This document shows positions 9,189-17,939 of a DNA stretch of 32,000 nucleotides, piece by piece. This stretch comes from Candidatus Electrothrix yaqonensis (GTDB taxonomy: Bacteria; Desulfobacterota; Desulfobulbia; Desulfobulbales; Desulfobulbaceae). Position numbers and translations under genes: made by a program. Where the stretch lies: the NCBI GenBank assembly GCA_047651235.1, contig CP178758.1, positions 2,400,001-2,432,000 of the forward strand. Direction: 5' to 3'. The notes beneath the pieces were generated by a model. That model saw nothing but the letters and a program-made list of their open reading frames with translations, was not told the DNA's origin and ran no database searches. Every line of letters starts with the position of its first letter. Positions within the stretch are counted from its first letter, which is position 1.

Positions 9189-9842
9189 TCAGTCTTGCTC
9201 GCAGGCCCGTACATGACGGACAAAGGCCCTGATCAGCGCATGATCCTTGATGCCCGGCCGTGCTTCGACCCCTGAATTTACATCCAGGGCATAAGGCCGG
9301 ACTTTATCCAGGGCCTGGTGCACATTTTCCGCATCAAGCCCCCCGGCCAGAATAAACTGACGCTGCAGGTCCAGCCCCTGAATCAGCGACCAGTCAAAAC
9401 TTTTTCCTGTCCCCCCGTGCACCCCTTTCTGATAGGTATCCAAGAGAAAACCCTTCACATGTTCGGCATACGGGACAATATTTTCAGCCTGCAGTTTTTC
9501 GTGCACCCGCAGGGCCTTGATTACCTGACAGGGTGCGGCAAAACGAGCCAGCCGCTCGCAATATTTGGGCGATTCCTGACCGTGCAGCTGGGCATATCCC
9601 AAGGAACAGAAACGGATGATCTCCTCGACCTCCCGTCTGTCGCGGTCAACAAACACGCCCACTGTATCGATAAAGGGAGGCAGCTGATCAATGATGACCC
9701 TGGCCCTACCCGGCTCAATATTGCGCGGACTTTTTTTATAAAAAATAAAACCCAGTGCGTCCACCCCGGCCTCCACAGCCGCCAAAGCGTCCTCCAGACT
9801 GGTGGTGCCGCACATCTTGATACGGATTCGCTCTGTTTTCAT
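9189..9842 (-). CDS. trpF: phosphoribosylanthranilate isomerase
   Basis: IKMCGTTSLEDA, DALGFIF, QLHG and FILAGGL are typical TrpF blocks. The gene lies 13 nt downstream of trpC. Confidence 0.9.
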   Translation of the reverse strand: MKTERIRIKMCGTTSLEDALAAVEAGVDALGFIFYKKSPRNIEPGRARVIIDQLPPFIDTVGVFVDRDRREVEEIIRFCSLGYAQLHGQESPKYCERLARFAAPCQVIKALRVHEKLQAENIVPYAEHVKGFLLDTYQKGVHGGTGKSFDWSLIQGLDLQRQFILAGGLDAENVHQALDKVRPYALDVNSGVEARPGIKDHALIRAFVRHVRACEQD

Positions 9843-9855
9843 GGCCTCCTGCTGA

Positions 9856-10620
9856 TCAGACGGAAAGAAAATGGCGGAGAGTTTCTCCCTGTTCAGTGCT
9901 GCGCATCAGGCTTTCACCGATCAGGGCTGCAGTAATCCCGGCGCCTTTAAGCCGGATCATGTCTTCCCGACTGGCAATACCTGATTCACTGACCACCGGA
10001 ATTTCCGCAGGAATCGCCCGCTGCAGACGGAAGGTCGTTTCCAGATCCACGGTAAAGTCATTCAGATTGCGGTTGTTGATGCCGATCAGCCTGCTTTCCG
10101 CAGCCAAGGCTTTTTCCAGCTCGGCCTCATCATGCACCTCGACCAGCACATCCATACCCGCCTCTTCAGCCTGCAGGCGGAACTCCTGCATCTGAGCGGT
10201 CGCAAGGATGGCTGCGATGAGCAGGATGGCATCGGCCCCGAAGGCAGCTGCCTCCTCAATCTGGAGCGGATCGATAATAAAATCCTTGCGCAGCACCGGC
10301 AGGTCCACCGTCTTTCTGACCAGAGGGATATAGTCGATGTATCCCTGAAAAAAATCTCGGTCAGTGAGCACGGACATGGCCTGGGCCCCGCCCTGTTTGT
10401 AGTTTCGCGCGATCTGACACGGATCAAAATCCGGTCGGATCACTCCCTTGGAGGGCGAGGCTTTTTTGGCCTCGGCAATAATGGCCACGCCCGGCACATC
10501 AAGCAGGGCCTGCATGAAGCCGCGCGGCGGCGCTGCGACTGCCTCCGGCACCCGGATACCCTGCTGTTTCAGAGCGGCGACTTCTTCTTTTTTTCGTTCA
10601 ATAATGGTATCAAGGATCAT
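9856..10620 (-). CDS. trpC: indole-3-glycerol phosphate synthase
   Basis: ILDTIIERKKEEV is a typical N-terminus. IIAEAKKASPSKG, LRKDFIIDPLQI and VVSESGI blocks are present. The start is placed at ATG 10620 rather than the 21-codon upstream extension. Confidence 0.9.
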   Translation of the reverse strand: MILDTIIERKKEEVAALKQQGIRVPEAVAAPPRGFMQALLDVPGVAIIAEAKKASPSKGVIRPDFDPCQIARNYKQGGAQAMSVLTDRDFFQGYIDYIPLVRKTVDLPVLRKDFIIDPLQIEEAAAFGADAILLIAAILATAQMQEFRLQAEEAGMDVLVEVHDEAELEKALAAESRLIGINNRNLNDFTVDLETTFRLQRAIPAEIPVVSESGIASREDMIRLKGAGITAALIGESLMRSTEQGETLRHFLSV

Positions 10621-10904
10621 AGTGTTCTCATTTCTATTTCGGCAGGTTAAAGAAGAGCGGGTGAGAAGGCCATACGTTTTCAAACGAAAAGGTGAGGATA
10701 GGTTCAGGATAACGAAAAAAGAATTCTACAAAAGCAGGGCGGGGTATGCAATAGAAAGTTAGGGGATACTCCTCTGAGAAACTCGATCTCGGCATACAGG
10801 AAGTGCATCCCCAAATGGATGGAGATATCCGGTCTATCCTTCACACAGGAACAAAGAGTCCTGTTACATTCCGTTAAGATAATTAAATTTTATCTCCTGG
10901 TTGA

Positions 10905-12296
10905 TCAGGCGTCTGCTTGCACTGCTGCGTTGAAATCATCCTTCTGCTGCCGCCTGATCTCCGCAATTGTCCGGTCAACAATCTCCACAGCATGGCCGAT
11001 ATACTGCTCCGGATGATCAAGCGGGGCAAGGTCTTCCGGGGTGAACAGCCCCCCGATTTCTGTATCCGCCAGGACCATCTCTTTCAGGCTGATATTTTTC
11101 TCCGCAGCTGACGCTGCCAGGCTGTGCAGTTTTTCCAGCGCCTTATTTTTTCCCAGCGTCTTGCTGAGCCGGAAGAGCAGCCATTCCGTGACAAGCAGTT
11201 CTTTGCGCTGATGCAGATTAGTCAGCATCTGTTCAGGCCGCACGGTCAGTCCAGAGAGCACATTGAGCATATACTGCAGGGCAGCCCCGGTATAAATGCA
11301 GAGCTGGGGCATAGCCAACCATTCCGCCCAGAGGCAGCGGGGGTCACGTTCATGTTCATGCACCATACTTTCCGTCACTGTCCCGGCCAGCGCCCGGACA
11401 TGTTTTGCCAGGGCCATTACCCGTTCGCAGACCGCCGGATTCTGCTTATGGGGCATGGTGCTGCTGGACAGGGCCCCGGAGAGCGACGGTTCCCGGAGTT
11501 CATCGATCTCGGTTTTCTGTAGATTGAAGACCTCATTGGCGATCTTGGCCAGAGTCATGACCAGCAGGGAAAAATTCGAAGCCAGTTCAGCAACCTTGTC
11601 CCGTGCCGTATGCCAGGACAGCGGGTCATGGGCCAGACCGAGCAGATGCATCGTTTCCTCAGCCACCTCCAGCCCTTTGTCGCCGAGAGCAGCATAGGTG
11701 CCCACTGCGCCGCTCAGCTGGCCGTAGCCGATCGTCCTGTGGACACGCTGAATGCGTTCAGTATGGCGCCGGATTTCAGCCGCCCAGACCGCAGTCTTGA
11801 GGCCGAAGGTCGTGGGCAGGGCCTGCTGACCGTGGGTGCGGGCGACCATCGGGGTTGCGCGGTGTTTCTCTGTCAAGTCGATGCAGACCTCCTCAAATTT
11901 GCCGAGGTCCCGCAGGACAATGTTCAGGGCCTTTTTCAGAGCCAGAATCTGGCCGGTATCCAGCACATCCTGGGTGGTGGCTCCGTAATGGACATATTCG
12001 CCGTGACCGTCTCGGCAGGCCCGCCGCAGTCCACCGAGCAGAGGCACTACGGAATTGCGGCTTCTGCTGTAGCCCTGCCGTACACTGTCCAGATCAATAT
12101 GCGCGAGCTTGGCCTTTGCCTGAATCTCTGCTGCCGCTGCTGCCGGAATAATGCCGAATTTCCCCTGCGCCGCTGCCAGGGCCGCTTCAAAATCAAGCCA
12201 GCGCTGCAGCACGCTCTGTTCATCAAACAGGGCTTCCAGCTCCAGGGTGCTGAAAACCTGGGGATTTACTTGGTAATCAAAGGGATGGATGGGCAT
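10905..12296 (-). CDS. adenylosuccinate-lyase-family (fumarate lyase superfamily) protein; substrate unresolved
   Basis: SSTMPHKQNP matches the GSSxMPxKxN superfamily signature. TTQDVLDTG and the HxxR region are present. The length of 463 aa fits a PurB/PcaB-like protein. Confidence 0.8.
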   Translation of the reverse strand: MPIHPFDYQVNPQVFSTLELEALFDEQSVLQRWLDFEAALAAAQGKFGIIPAAAAAEIQAKAKLAHIDLDSVRQGYSRSRNSVVPLLGGLRRACRDGHGEYVHYGATTQDVLDTGQILALKKALNIVLRDLGKFEEVCIDLTEKHRATPMVARTHGQQALPTTFGLKTAVWAAEIRRHTERIQRVHRTIGYGQLSGAVGTYAALGDKGLEVAEETMHLLGLAHDPLSWHTARDKVAELASNFSLLVMTLAKIANEVFNLQKTEIDELREPSLSGALSSSTMPHKQNPAVCERVMALAKHVRALAGTVTESMVHEHERDPRCLWAEWLAMPQLCIYTGAALQYMLNVLSGLTVRPEQMLTNLHQRKELLVTEWLLFRLSKTLGKNKALEKLHSLAASAAEKNISLKEMVLADTEIGGLFTPEDLAPLDHPEQYIGHAVEIVDRTIAEIRRQQKDDFNAAVQADA

Positions 12297-12471
12297 ACGT
12301 TATGGGCTGTGGTCTAAGTTGGGATCTTGGATGAACTGAAGATTACTGTGATTCAATTGTTCGGGCTGTTGCTCTGTCCTCATGCTCTTTCGTTTTTTAT
12401 CTGTTCAACTGATGTTACGCAGTCCTGTTTTTCTGAAGCTCATCAAATGCTGAACGATCGACTTCCAGGAA

Positions 12472-13053
12472 TCAGTACAGCCTGCTCAATATCCACTCCA
12501 CTGCCTCATGCAGGTCCTCCGCAACTTGAGCGGGCTGAATCTCCTGGTACGGGCCGATGTATTCCAGATCGCCCCGGCCGTAGCCGGTCAGTACCAGGAT
12601 GGGGGTTGCCCCGGCCCGGACCCCGCATTTCAGGTCAGACCAGCGGTCCCCCACCATGAATGACCGGCGCAGATCAAGGCGCAGATCAGCGGCCGCCTGT
12701 TCCAGCAGACCGGTCTTGGGTTTGCGGCAGTTGCAGTCCTTCCTGTATTGTTCCTCCTTGGCTTCCGGGTGGTGAGGGCAGATATAGAGACCGTCAATAT
12801 GCGCATCTTCTTTAGCCAGTCGCCGCTCCATTTCTGCATGAATTTCGTCCAGCAGGGAAAGGGGGAAATAGCCGCGCGCCAGGCCGGACTGATTGGTCAC
12901 CACCACCACGGGGATATCATGTTCGTTGAGCAGGCGGATCGCCTGGGCAGCTCCGGGCAGCAGGATAAACCGGCTGATATGGTTGATATAACCCATCTGC
13001 TCGTTGACGGTGCCGTCACGGTCGAGGAAAACTGCCGGTTTTTTCTGCATCAT
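12472..13053 (-). CDS. gmhB: D-glycero-D-manno-heptose 1,7-bisphosphate phosphatase-like HAD-IIIA phosphatase
   Basis: Contains FLDRDGTVNE (DxDGT), VTNQSG, the Zn motif CPHHP...CNCRKP and GDRWSD. The start is placed at ATG 13053, just after the upstream gene's stop at 13079. Confidence 0.8.
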   Translation of the reverse strand: MMQKKPAVFLDRDGTVNEQMGYINHISRFILLPGAAQAIRLLNEHDIPVVVVTNQSGLARGYFPLSLLDEIHAEMERRLAKEDAHIDGLYICPHHPEAKEEQYRKDCNCRKPKTGLLEQAAADLRLDLRRSFMVGDRWSDLKCGVRAGATPILVLTGYGRGDLEYIGPYQEIQPAQVAEDLHEAVEWILSRLY

Positions 13054-13078
13054 GCTGTTGCCGCTGTTGTCCGCTTTA

Positions 13079-15994
13079 TTATTTCTGCTCTGCTTTTTGT
13101 TCAGCATTTTGATACGCATTTTTTTTCGGAAGCAGGATGATCTCCGCAGCCTTTTCCGGCTGCAGATACTGAGCTGCCAGGGCGGAAACGTCCTCTGCCG
13201 TAATAGCGGCATAATCGTTCAGAAACGTCTTGGGCCATTCCAGACGCTGCGGATAACGGCTGGAACCGAGCAGCACGGATTGCAGCCAGTACCCGTTGGT
13301 GCGTACCGTATCGCGAATATACGTCAGGGTCGGTTCAAGCGCTCTCTGCAGCTCTTCCTCTGTTACCTTGCCCTCAGCAAGCTGCGTCCCGGCCTGTTTC
13401 ACTTTTTCGATCAGCGCTGCGGCCTGGGCCGGATCAACGGTAACAACGCTTCGCAGTACACCGTATCCCGGATCAACCGTGCTGGACCAGTTATACACAT
13501 AAGGGGAATAGGCAGCCCCGAGTTCTTCCCGCACCTGTTTGCGTAACCGGTCATCAAGGACAGAGGCCAGGATGCTGAGGCGCCGGGTTCGGGAGATCTT
13601 CCAAAAATCCTCTGTGGGCCAGGCCACCATGATCAGCCCTTTGTCGCTGTCTGTGTCCACAGCCAATGACAGAGATTTCCCGGACGGAAAGGCGATCTGC
13701 TCTCCACTGACAGGTTGGATACGTTCTCTCGGCTGACTGCCGAAGTACTGACCGGCCAAGTCCAGGATCTTCTGTGGATCAAAATCACCGACTACGGAAA
13801 GCTCCAGTCCGGCGTTCTTCAGAATCGGCCGCAGCCACTCCTCCACCTCGGCTGAGGATATTTTTTCCACCATTTCCAGAGGCACAACACCGTAACGCAG
13901 ATTGCCGCCAGCCAGGAACCGTTCGCCCTGCAGCTGTATCATCCCATCCACAGAGCTCTCCAGCCGGGCATAGGTTTGCCGCAGTTTCTGCATTCCCCGT
14001 GCAAAGGCATCGGTCCGGAACGCGGGATCATATATTTTGGTGTACAGAAGCTGAAACAGCAGTTCGCTCTCATCCTTCAACCCTTTGCCACGAAATTGAA
14101 AACTGTCCTGTTCAGCCCGGAAATGCACGTTGCTGGAGTACGCCGCAAGTGCTGCTTTGAGCTGCTCCTTGGTCAACTTCCCGACCCCGCTTTCCGGTAG
14201 AAGCATTTCAGCAAGCAGGTCAATGCCGGGTCTGGATGCTTCCAGTTCACCCTTCCCCAGCGAAGCGATCACCTGCACTTCGTTGGGTTCAAAATCGGTC
14301 TGCTTCAGATTGAGGACCAGGCCGTTGCTGAACACATAGCGGTCAACCCCGATTTCTTTGTAGGCGCTATGTTCGGCCACCTTGCCCTGTGTTTCCGGTT
14401 TCGGCAGATAGGGGAACGCGGCCTCCTTGTCCTGAACCCACGGTTGCAGTTCAGCCTGCAGAGCTGTATTAAATGCCTTGAGAATAACAGCTTCCGGAGC
14501 GGTGTCTTTGCTGTCACCTTTAGGTCCGGTAGGCTCGGCAGTGCCCATCACCTTGATCAAAAGGCGTTCATGCCACAGCTCCCGGAAAGTCCGGTTGACT
14601 TCCGCCAGGGTCAGTTCTTCCAGAGCAGGACCGAGCAGTACCAGTTCCTGGGTCGGCGAAAGGATAACTTCGTCGTCATTCAGGCTACGGATGATTCTGT
14701 AGACCAGGTTTTCGCTCTTCCGGCTGTCCGCAGTCTGTACGTCTTTTTTCAGCCGGGTCATAATTTCATTCTTTGCCCGGCTGAGTTCGGATTCGGAAAA
14801 ACCGAATTCCTGCGCCTGCCGCAGGGCCGTGGTGAGGCCGGTCAGGGTTTGCTGCCAGTTTTCCGCTGCAGTGCGGGCACCTATAGCCGTGTACCCGAAG
14901 CGGCGGACAAATCTGCCGCTGGAAAAGTAGGCTCCGGTCATCTGGCTGTCCGGTCGGCTGATCAGCTGCTGCAGACGGTTGTCCATTATGACCTCGGCCA
15001 CATATTCCCGGAGTTCCAATAATGCCTGCGTTCTGGTCGGTCGAGGCGGCACAGCATTCCAGATTGAGTCGATGGAGATGTTGGTATAGCCCAGATCCTT
15101 CTCGTGAAAGTACACCGGCTCCGTCCCCTTTTCAGCCACCCGGCCGAATTCGGGGCAGTCAGGCGACGGTGTTTTTACGGCCAGCCCGTTGAAATATTTT
15201 TTGATGACCTCCTCAATCAGGCCCGGATCCGCATCACCCACAATGACCACAATCATGTTGTCGGGCCGGTACCAGCGTTCATAATACTGCCTGAGCAGGG
15301 CGGCGTCGGCATTTCCGATCACCTCATCCATGCCGATAACATCGTGGCGGGCAATAACAGTTCCGGCAAAGGAGGTTTTCATCGAATGTTTAAACATCCG
15401 TTTCGATGCGGAATCTCCGGTCCGTTTCTCCGCCTGAATGATTCCCCGCTCCCGGTCAACTTCATCTTCCAGCAGCAGGGCGCCTGCTGCGTAATCCGCC
15501 AAGACCTGCATTCCCTCATGCAGCGTTTTCGGTTTGCCGTCCGGCAGCAGGAGCTTGTACACGGTTTCGTCATATGTAGTGTGGGCATTGGTGTCTGAGC
15601 CGAATCCCATACCGATGGACTGAAAATATTCAATCAGGGTGCCCGGAGGATAATTGGTGGTCCCGTTGAAGAGCATGTGTTCCAGATAATGGGCCACCCC
15701 GTTCTGTTCTTCGGTTTCATGTATTGCCCCTGCCTGGATATTGAGAAACAGGGCAACCCGGTTTTTCGGCTCATGATTGGGCATGATGACGTAGCGGAGC
15801 CCGTTTTTCAGGGTACCGAAAATCAGGGAGGGATCAGGCTTGAGGTCACTCTGTTCATGGGGCCAGCCTTCAGAGATGCAGTTTTCAGGAGGAGTTGCTG
15901 TGTCCTTGGCTTGGCCAGTCCCGGTTAAGCCGAGAGCAGGCAGGAGAAAGAAACAGAGACAGATGAACAGGAAGCGGGTCCGCTGCTGGTGCAT
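13079..15994 (-). CDS. secreted M16-family zinc peptidase (insulinase/pitrilysin-like, double M16 unit, 971 aa)
   Basis: Has an N-terminal signal peptide (FLFICLCFFLLPALGLTGTGQA) and the inverted zinc motif HYLEHMLF (HxxEH). The length is consistent with four M16 half-domains. Confidence 0.85.
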   Translation of the reverse strand: MHQQRTRFLFICLCFFLLPALGLTGTGQAKDTATPPENCISEGWPHEQSDLKPDPSLIFGTLKNGLRYVIMPNHEPKNRVALFLNIQAGAIHETEEQNGVAHYLEHMLFNGTTNYPPGTLIEYFQSIGMGFGSDTNAHTTYDETVYKLLLPDGKPKTLHEGMQVLADYAAGALLLEDEVDRERGIIQAEKRTGDSASKRMFKHSMKTSFAGTVIARHDVIGMDEVIGNADAALLRQYYERWYRPDNMIVVIVGDADPGLIEEVIKKYFNGLAVKTPSPDCPEFGRVAEKGTEPVYFHEKDLGYTNISIDSIWNAVPPRPTRTQALLELREYVAEVIMDNRLQQLISRPDSQMTGAYFSSGRFVRRFGYTAIGARTAAENWQQTLTGLTTALRQAQEFGFSESELSRAKNEIMTRLKKDVQTADSRKSENLVYRIIRSLNDDEVILSPTQELVLLGPALEELTLAEVNRTFRELWHERLLIKVMGTAEPTGPKGDSKDTAPEAVILKAFNTALQAELQPWVQDKEAAFPYLPKPETQGKVAEHSAYKEIGVDRYVFSNGLVLNLKQTDFEPNEVQVIASLGKGELEASRPGIDLLAEMLLPESGVGKLTKEQLKAALAAYSSNVHFRAEQDSFQFRGKGLKDESELLFQLLYTKIYDPAFRTDAFARGMQKLRQTYARLESSVDGMIQLQGERFLAGGNLRYGVVPLEMVEKISSAEVEEWLRPILKNAGLELSVVGDFDPQKILDLAGQYFGSQPRERIQPVSGEQIAFPSGKSLSLAVDTDSDKGLIMVAWPTEDFWKISRTRRLSILASVLDDRLRKQVREELGAAYSPYVYNWSSTVDPGYGVLRSVVTVDPAQAAALIEKVKQAGTQLAEGKVTEEELQRALEPTLTYIRDTVRTNGYWLQSVLLGSSRYPQRLEWPKTFLNDYAAITAEDVSALAAQYLQPEKAAEIILLPKKNAYQNAEQKAEQK

Positions 15995-16214
15995 AAAAAG
16001 AATCCTCTATCAATCCAATTTTTTGGAAAAGGGCGAAAAAAATAAACTGTCACCAGCCGGAAGCTGGCGGGTCGAATTTCGGTCGGTCGGACCTGCCGAA
16101 GATTGAACGGCAAAAAAAGGATACCACGTTTTATGCGCAGCCCAAAGGAATAAACAGCCTTGCTGCAGGGCTGCGGGGAACAGGAGTTCTGTCGCGTCCT
16201 GTCAACAGGGCCGG

Positions 16215-17939
16215 TCATGTCTTTTCACGCAGCACAGTGCGCCGCCAGATTTCAAAGGTCACCAGCATCCAGAGAATCTGTTCATGCCGGGGCAGGGTCT
16301 GTTCCGGCGGAAGATTGAGCAGCTCTCTGACCCTATCCGGGTTGAAGATCCCTGCCTGCTTGATTTCCCGCCTGCCCAGGAATCTGCGGACATAGCTCCG
16401 CAATGCTCTGCGGAAGTCTGACTGCCTGAAAAGCTGCAGGCCGCTATCCTGCCGGTCAGCAAATTCTTGGGGCAGAATATTTTTGTATGCCTGCCGCAGG
16501 ATAATTTTATCCGTTCCCTGACGCAGCTTCAGAGTAGAAGGCATACGGAAGCTCAATCTGATCAACCGGTCATCAAACAGAGGCGACAGAGAATTCAGGC
16601 CGTGCACCCCGGTCATTCTCTCCGTTTTGGGCAGGATCATATTGCCGCCCCGCAGACGGATATTGACGGCACTGAGCTTATCAAGAAAGTTTTCCGGCCG
16701 CTCGGCCTCGAAAAACGGGGTCAGGATGCCTTCAAGAGCTTCGTGGGAGTTGTACAGGCTGCGCCATTCCGGGGTGAGCAGATTGTTCAGCTCGTCATAT
16801 GCTCCGAAGCAGGAGGAAAGATATGTCCGCTCACGAAAAAAACGCCCCTGCTTTATGCCGCCATACCAATGCCGCAGCAGAATCGGGATATTGTCCGCAC
16901 CACCGAAAACCGGAGAGGCTCCGGCCCCGTTCACCACATACTCCACCTCCCCAGCAGCCGCAGCCGACAGCATGTACTCGAACACAGCCGAAGGATCAGC
17001 AACCGGCTCGTTCAACGCATGAATAACATCCTGTACACGGGCCAGAAATTCCTTGGGCTGTACGGAAATTTCCCGATGGTCACTGCCGATGTGTTCAGCA
17101 AGGTCAGCAACGGACCGACTTTGTCCGTGCGGATTTCCGGGGGGATCGCCCACCCTGATCGACCAGCTGGGAAGTTTTTTGCCGCATTGCCGTATGACCT
17201 CTGCAGAAACAATGCCGGAGCCCGGTCCACCGGAAAAAAACAGGCCGACAGAGCCTGATTCCGGCAGCTGATCTCTGACCGCCTGTTCATGAATATGAAC
17301 AAATTCATCCATCCATGCCTGCTCGTCCTTTTCCTCTTTTTCCTCTTCTTCTACAGAGAAAAAACAACGGGGCGGTTCCACACGGCCGTTGGCAAAGGTC
17401 ACTGTATGCCCCGGGGGCAGTTCCCAGAGATTTTCCAGCATGGTTTCCCGGCCCGGTATAAAACCGAAGGAAAAATACTGTGCTACTGCTGCCGGCCGCA
17501 GATTGCGGGCAAAACCGGACCAAGCCAGCACGCCCTTGGGTTCAACGGCAAAAATAAAACGGTCATTATAAAAGCCATAGTAAATGGTCCGTATTCCGGC
17601 AGGATCCCGGGCAAGATGAATACGGTCTTCGTCCAGTACGGCAAGCACATAGGCACCGTGCAGGTTCCGGACAAAATCCAGCCCTTGGTCCCGGTAACTG
17701 CGGAGCAGCTTGGCCATACGGGTCTCTTTTTTATCCGTGAAAAGCCGTCCAGCAAGAGCGATTACCTGGCCGCAATGTTCGATAATGCCGCCATGATGCG
17801 AGCGGGACGGCAGCCAGCATGCTGTTGAGCGGATTGAGGCGTGGGTCCGGGCCGGGGGAATGCCCCGATGGCTGAGTGCAGCAGCCATTGCCCGATTTTT
17901 TTTACCGCTCCAGCCGGAAAAACCAAAAATTGCCCCCAT
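16215..17939 (-). CDS. asparagine synthetase B-fold protein with degenerate glutaminase and PP-loop motifs (probable pseudoenzyme or repurposed fold)
   Basis: Collinear with AsnB (ARDPAGIRTIYYG, FSGGPGSG, NGAGASPVFGG). The N-terminus is MGAIFG rather than MCGI, SGGPGS replaces SGGxDS, and GAGASP replaces GEGSDE. Its start overlaps the upstream stop as TGATG. Confidence 0.75.
   Translation of the reverse strand: MGAIFGFSGWSGKKNRAMAAALSHRGIPPARTHASIRSTACWLPSRSHHGGIIEHCGQVIALAGRLFTDKKETRMAKLLRSYRDQGLDFVRNLHGAYVLAVLDEDRIHLARDPAGIRTIYYGFYNDRFIFAVEPKGVLAWSGFARNLRPAAVAQYFSFGFIPGRETMLENLWELPPGHTVTFANGRVEPPRCFFSVEEEEKEEKDEQAWMDEFVHIHEQAVRDQLPESGSVGLFFSGGPGSGIVSAEVIRQCGKKLPSWSIRVGDPPGNPHGQSRSVADLAEHIGSDHREISVQPKEFLARVQDVIHALNEPVADPSAVFEYMLSAAAAGEVEYVVNGAGASPVFGGADNIPILLRHWYGGIKQGRFFRERTYLSSCFGAYDELNNLLTPEWRSLYNSHEALEGILTPFFEAERPENFLDKLSAVNIRLRGGNMILPKTERMTGVHGLNSLSPLFDDRLIRLSFRMPSTLKLRQGTDKIILRQAYKNILPQEFADRQDSGLQLFRQSDFRRALRSYVRRFLGRREIKQAGIFNPDRVRELLNLPPEQTLPRHEQILWMLVTFEIWRRTVLREKT

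Noticed and set aside
12472-13212. Long N-terminal extensions offered by the ORF track for gmhB (to 13212), trpC (to 10683), the DsrE-like gene (from 25057), the radical SAM gene (from 1310) and paralogue A (from 19295).
   Set aside because: The extensions overlap upstream genes or terminators, lack SD sequences, and precede internal ATGs that have good SDs and family-typical N-termini.
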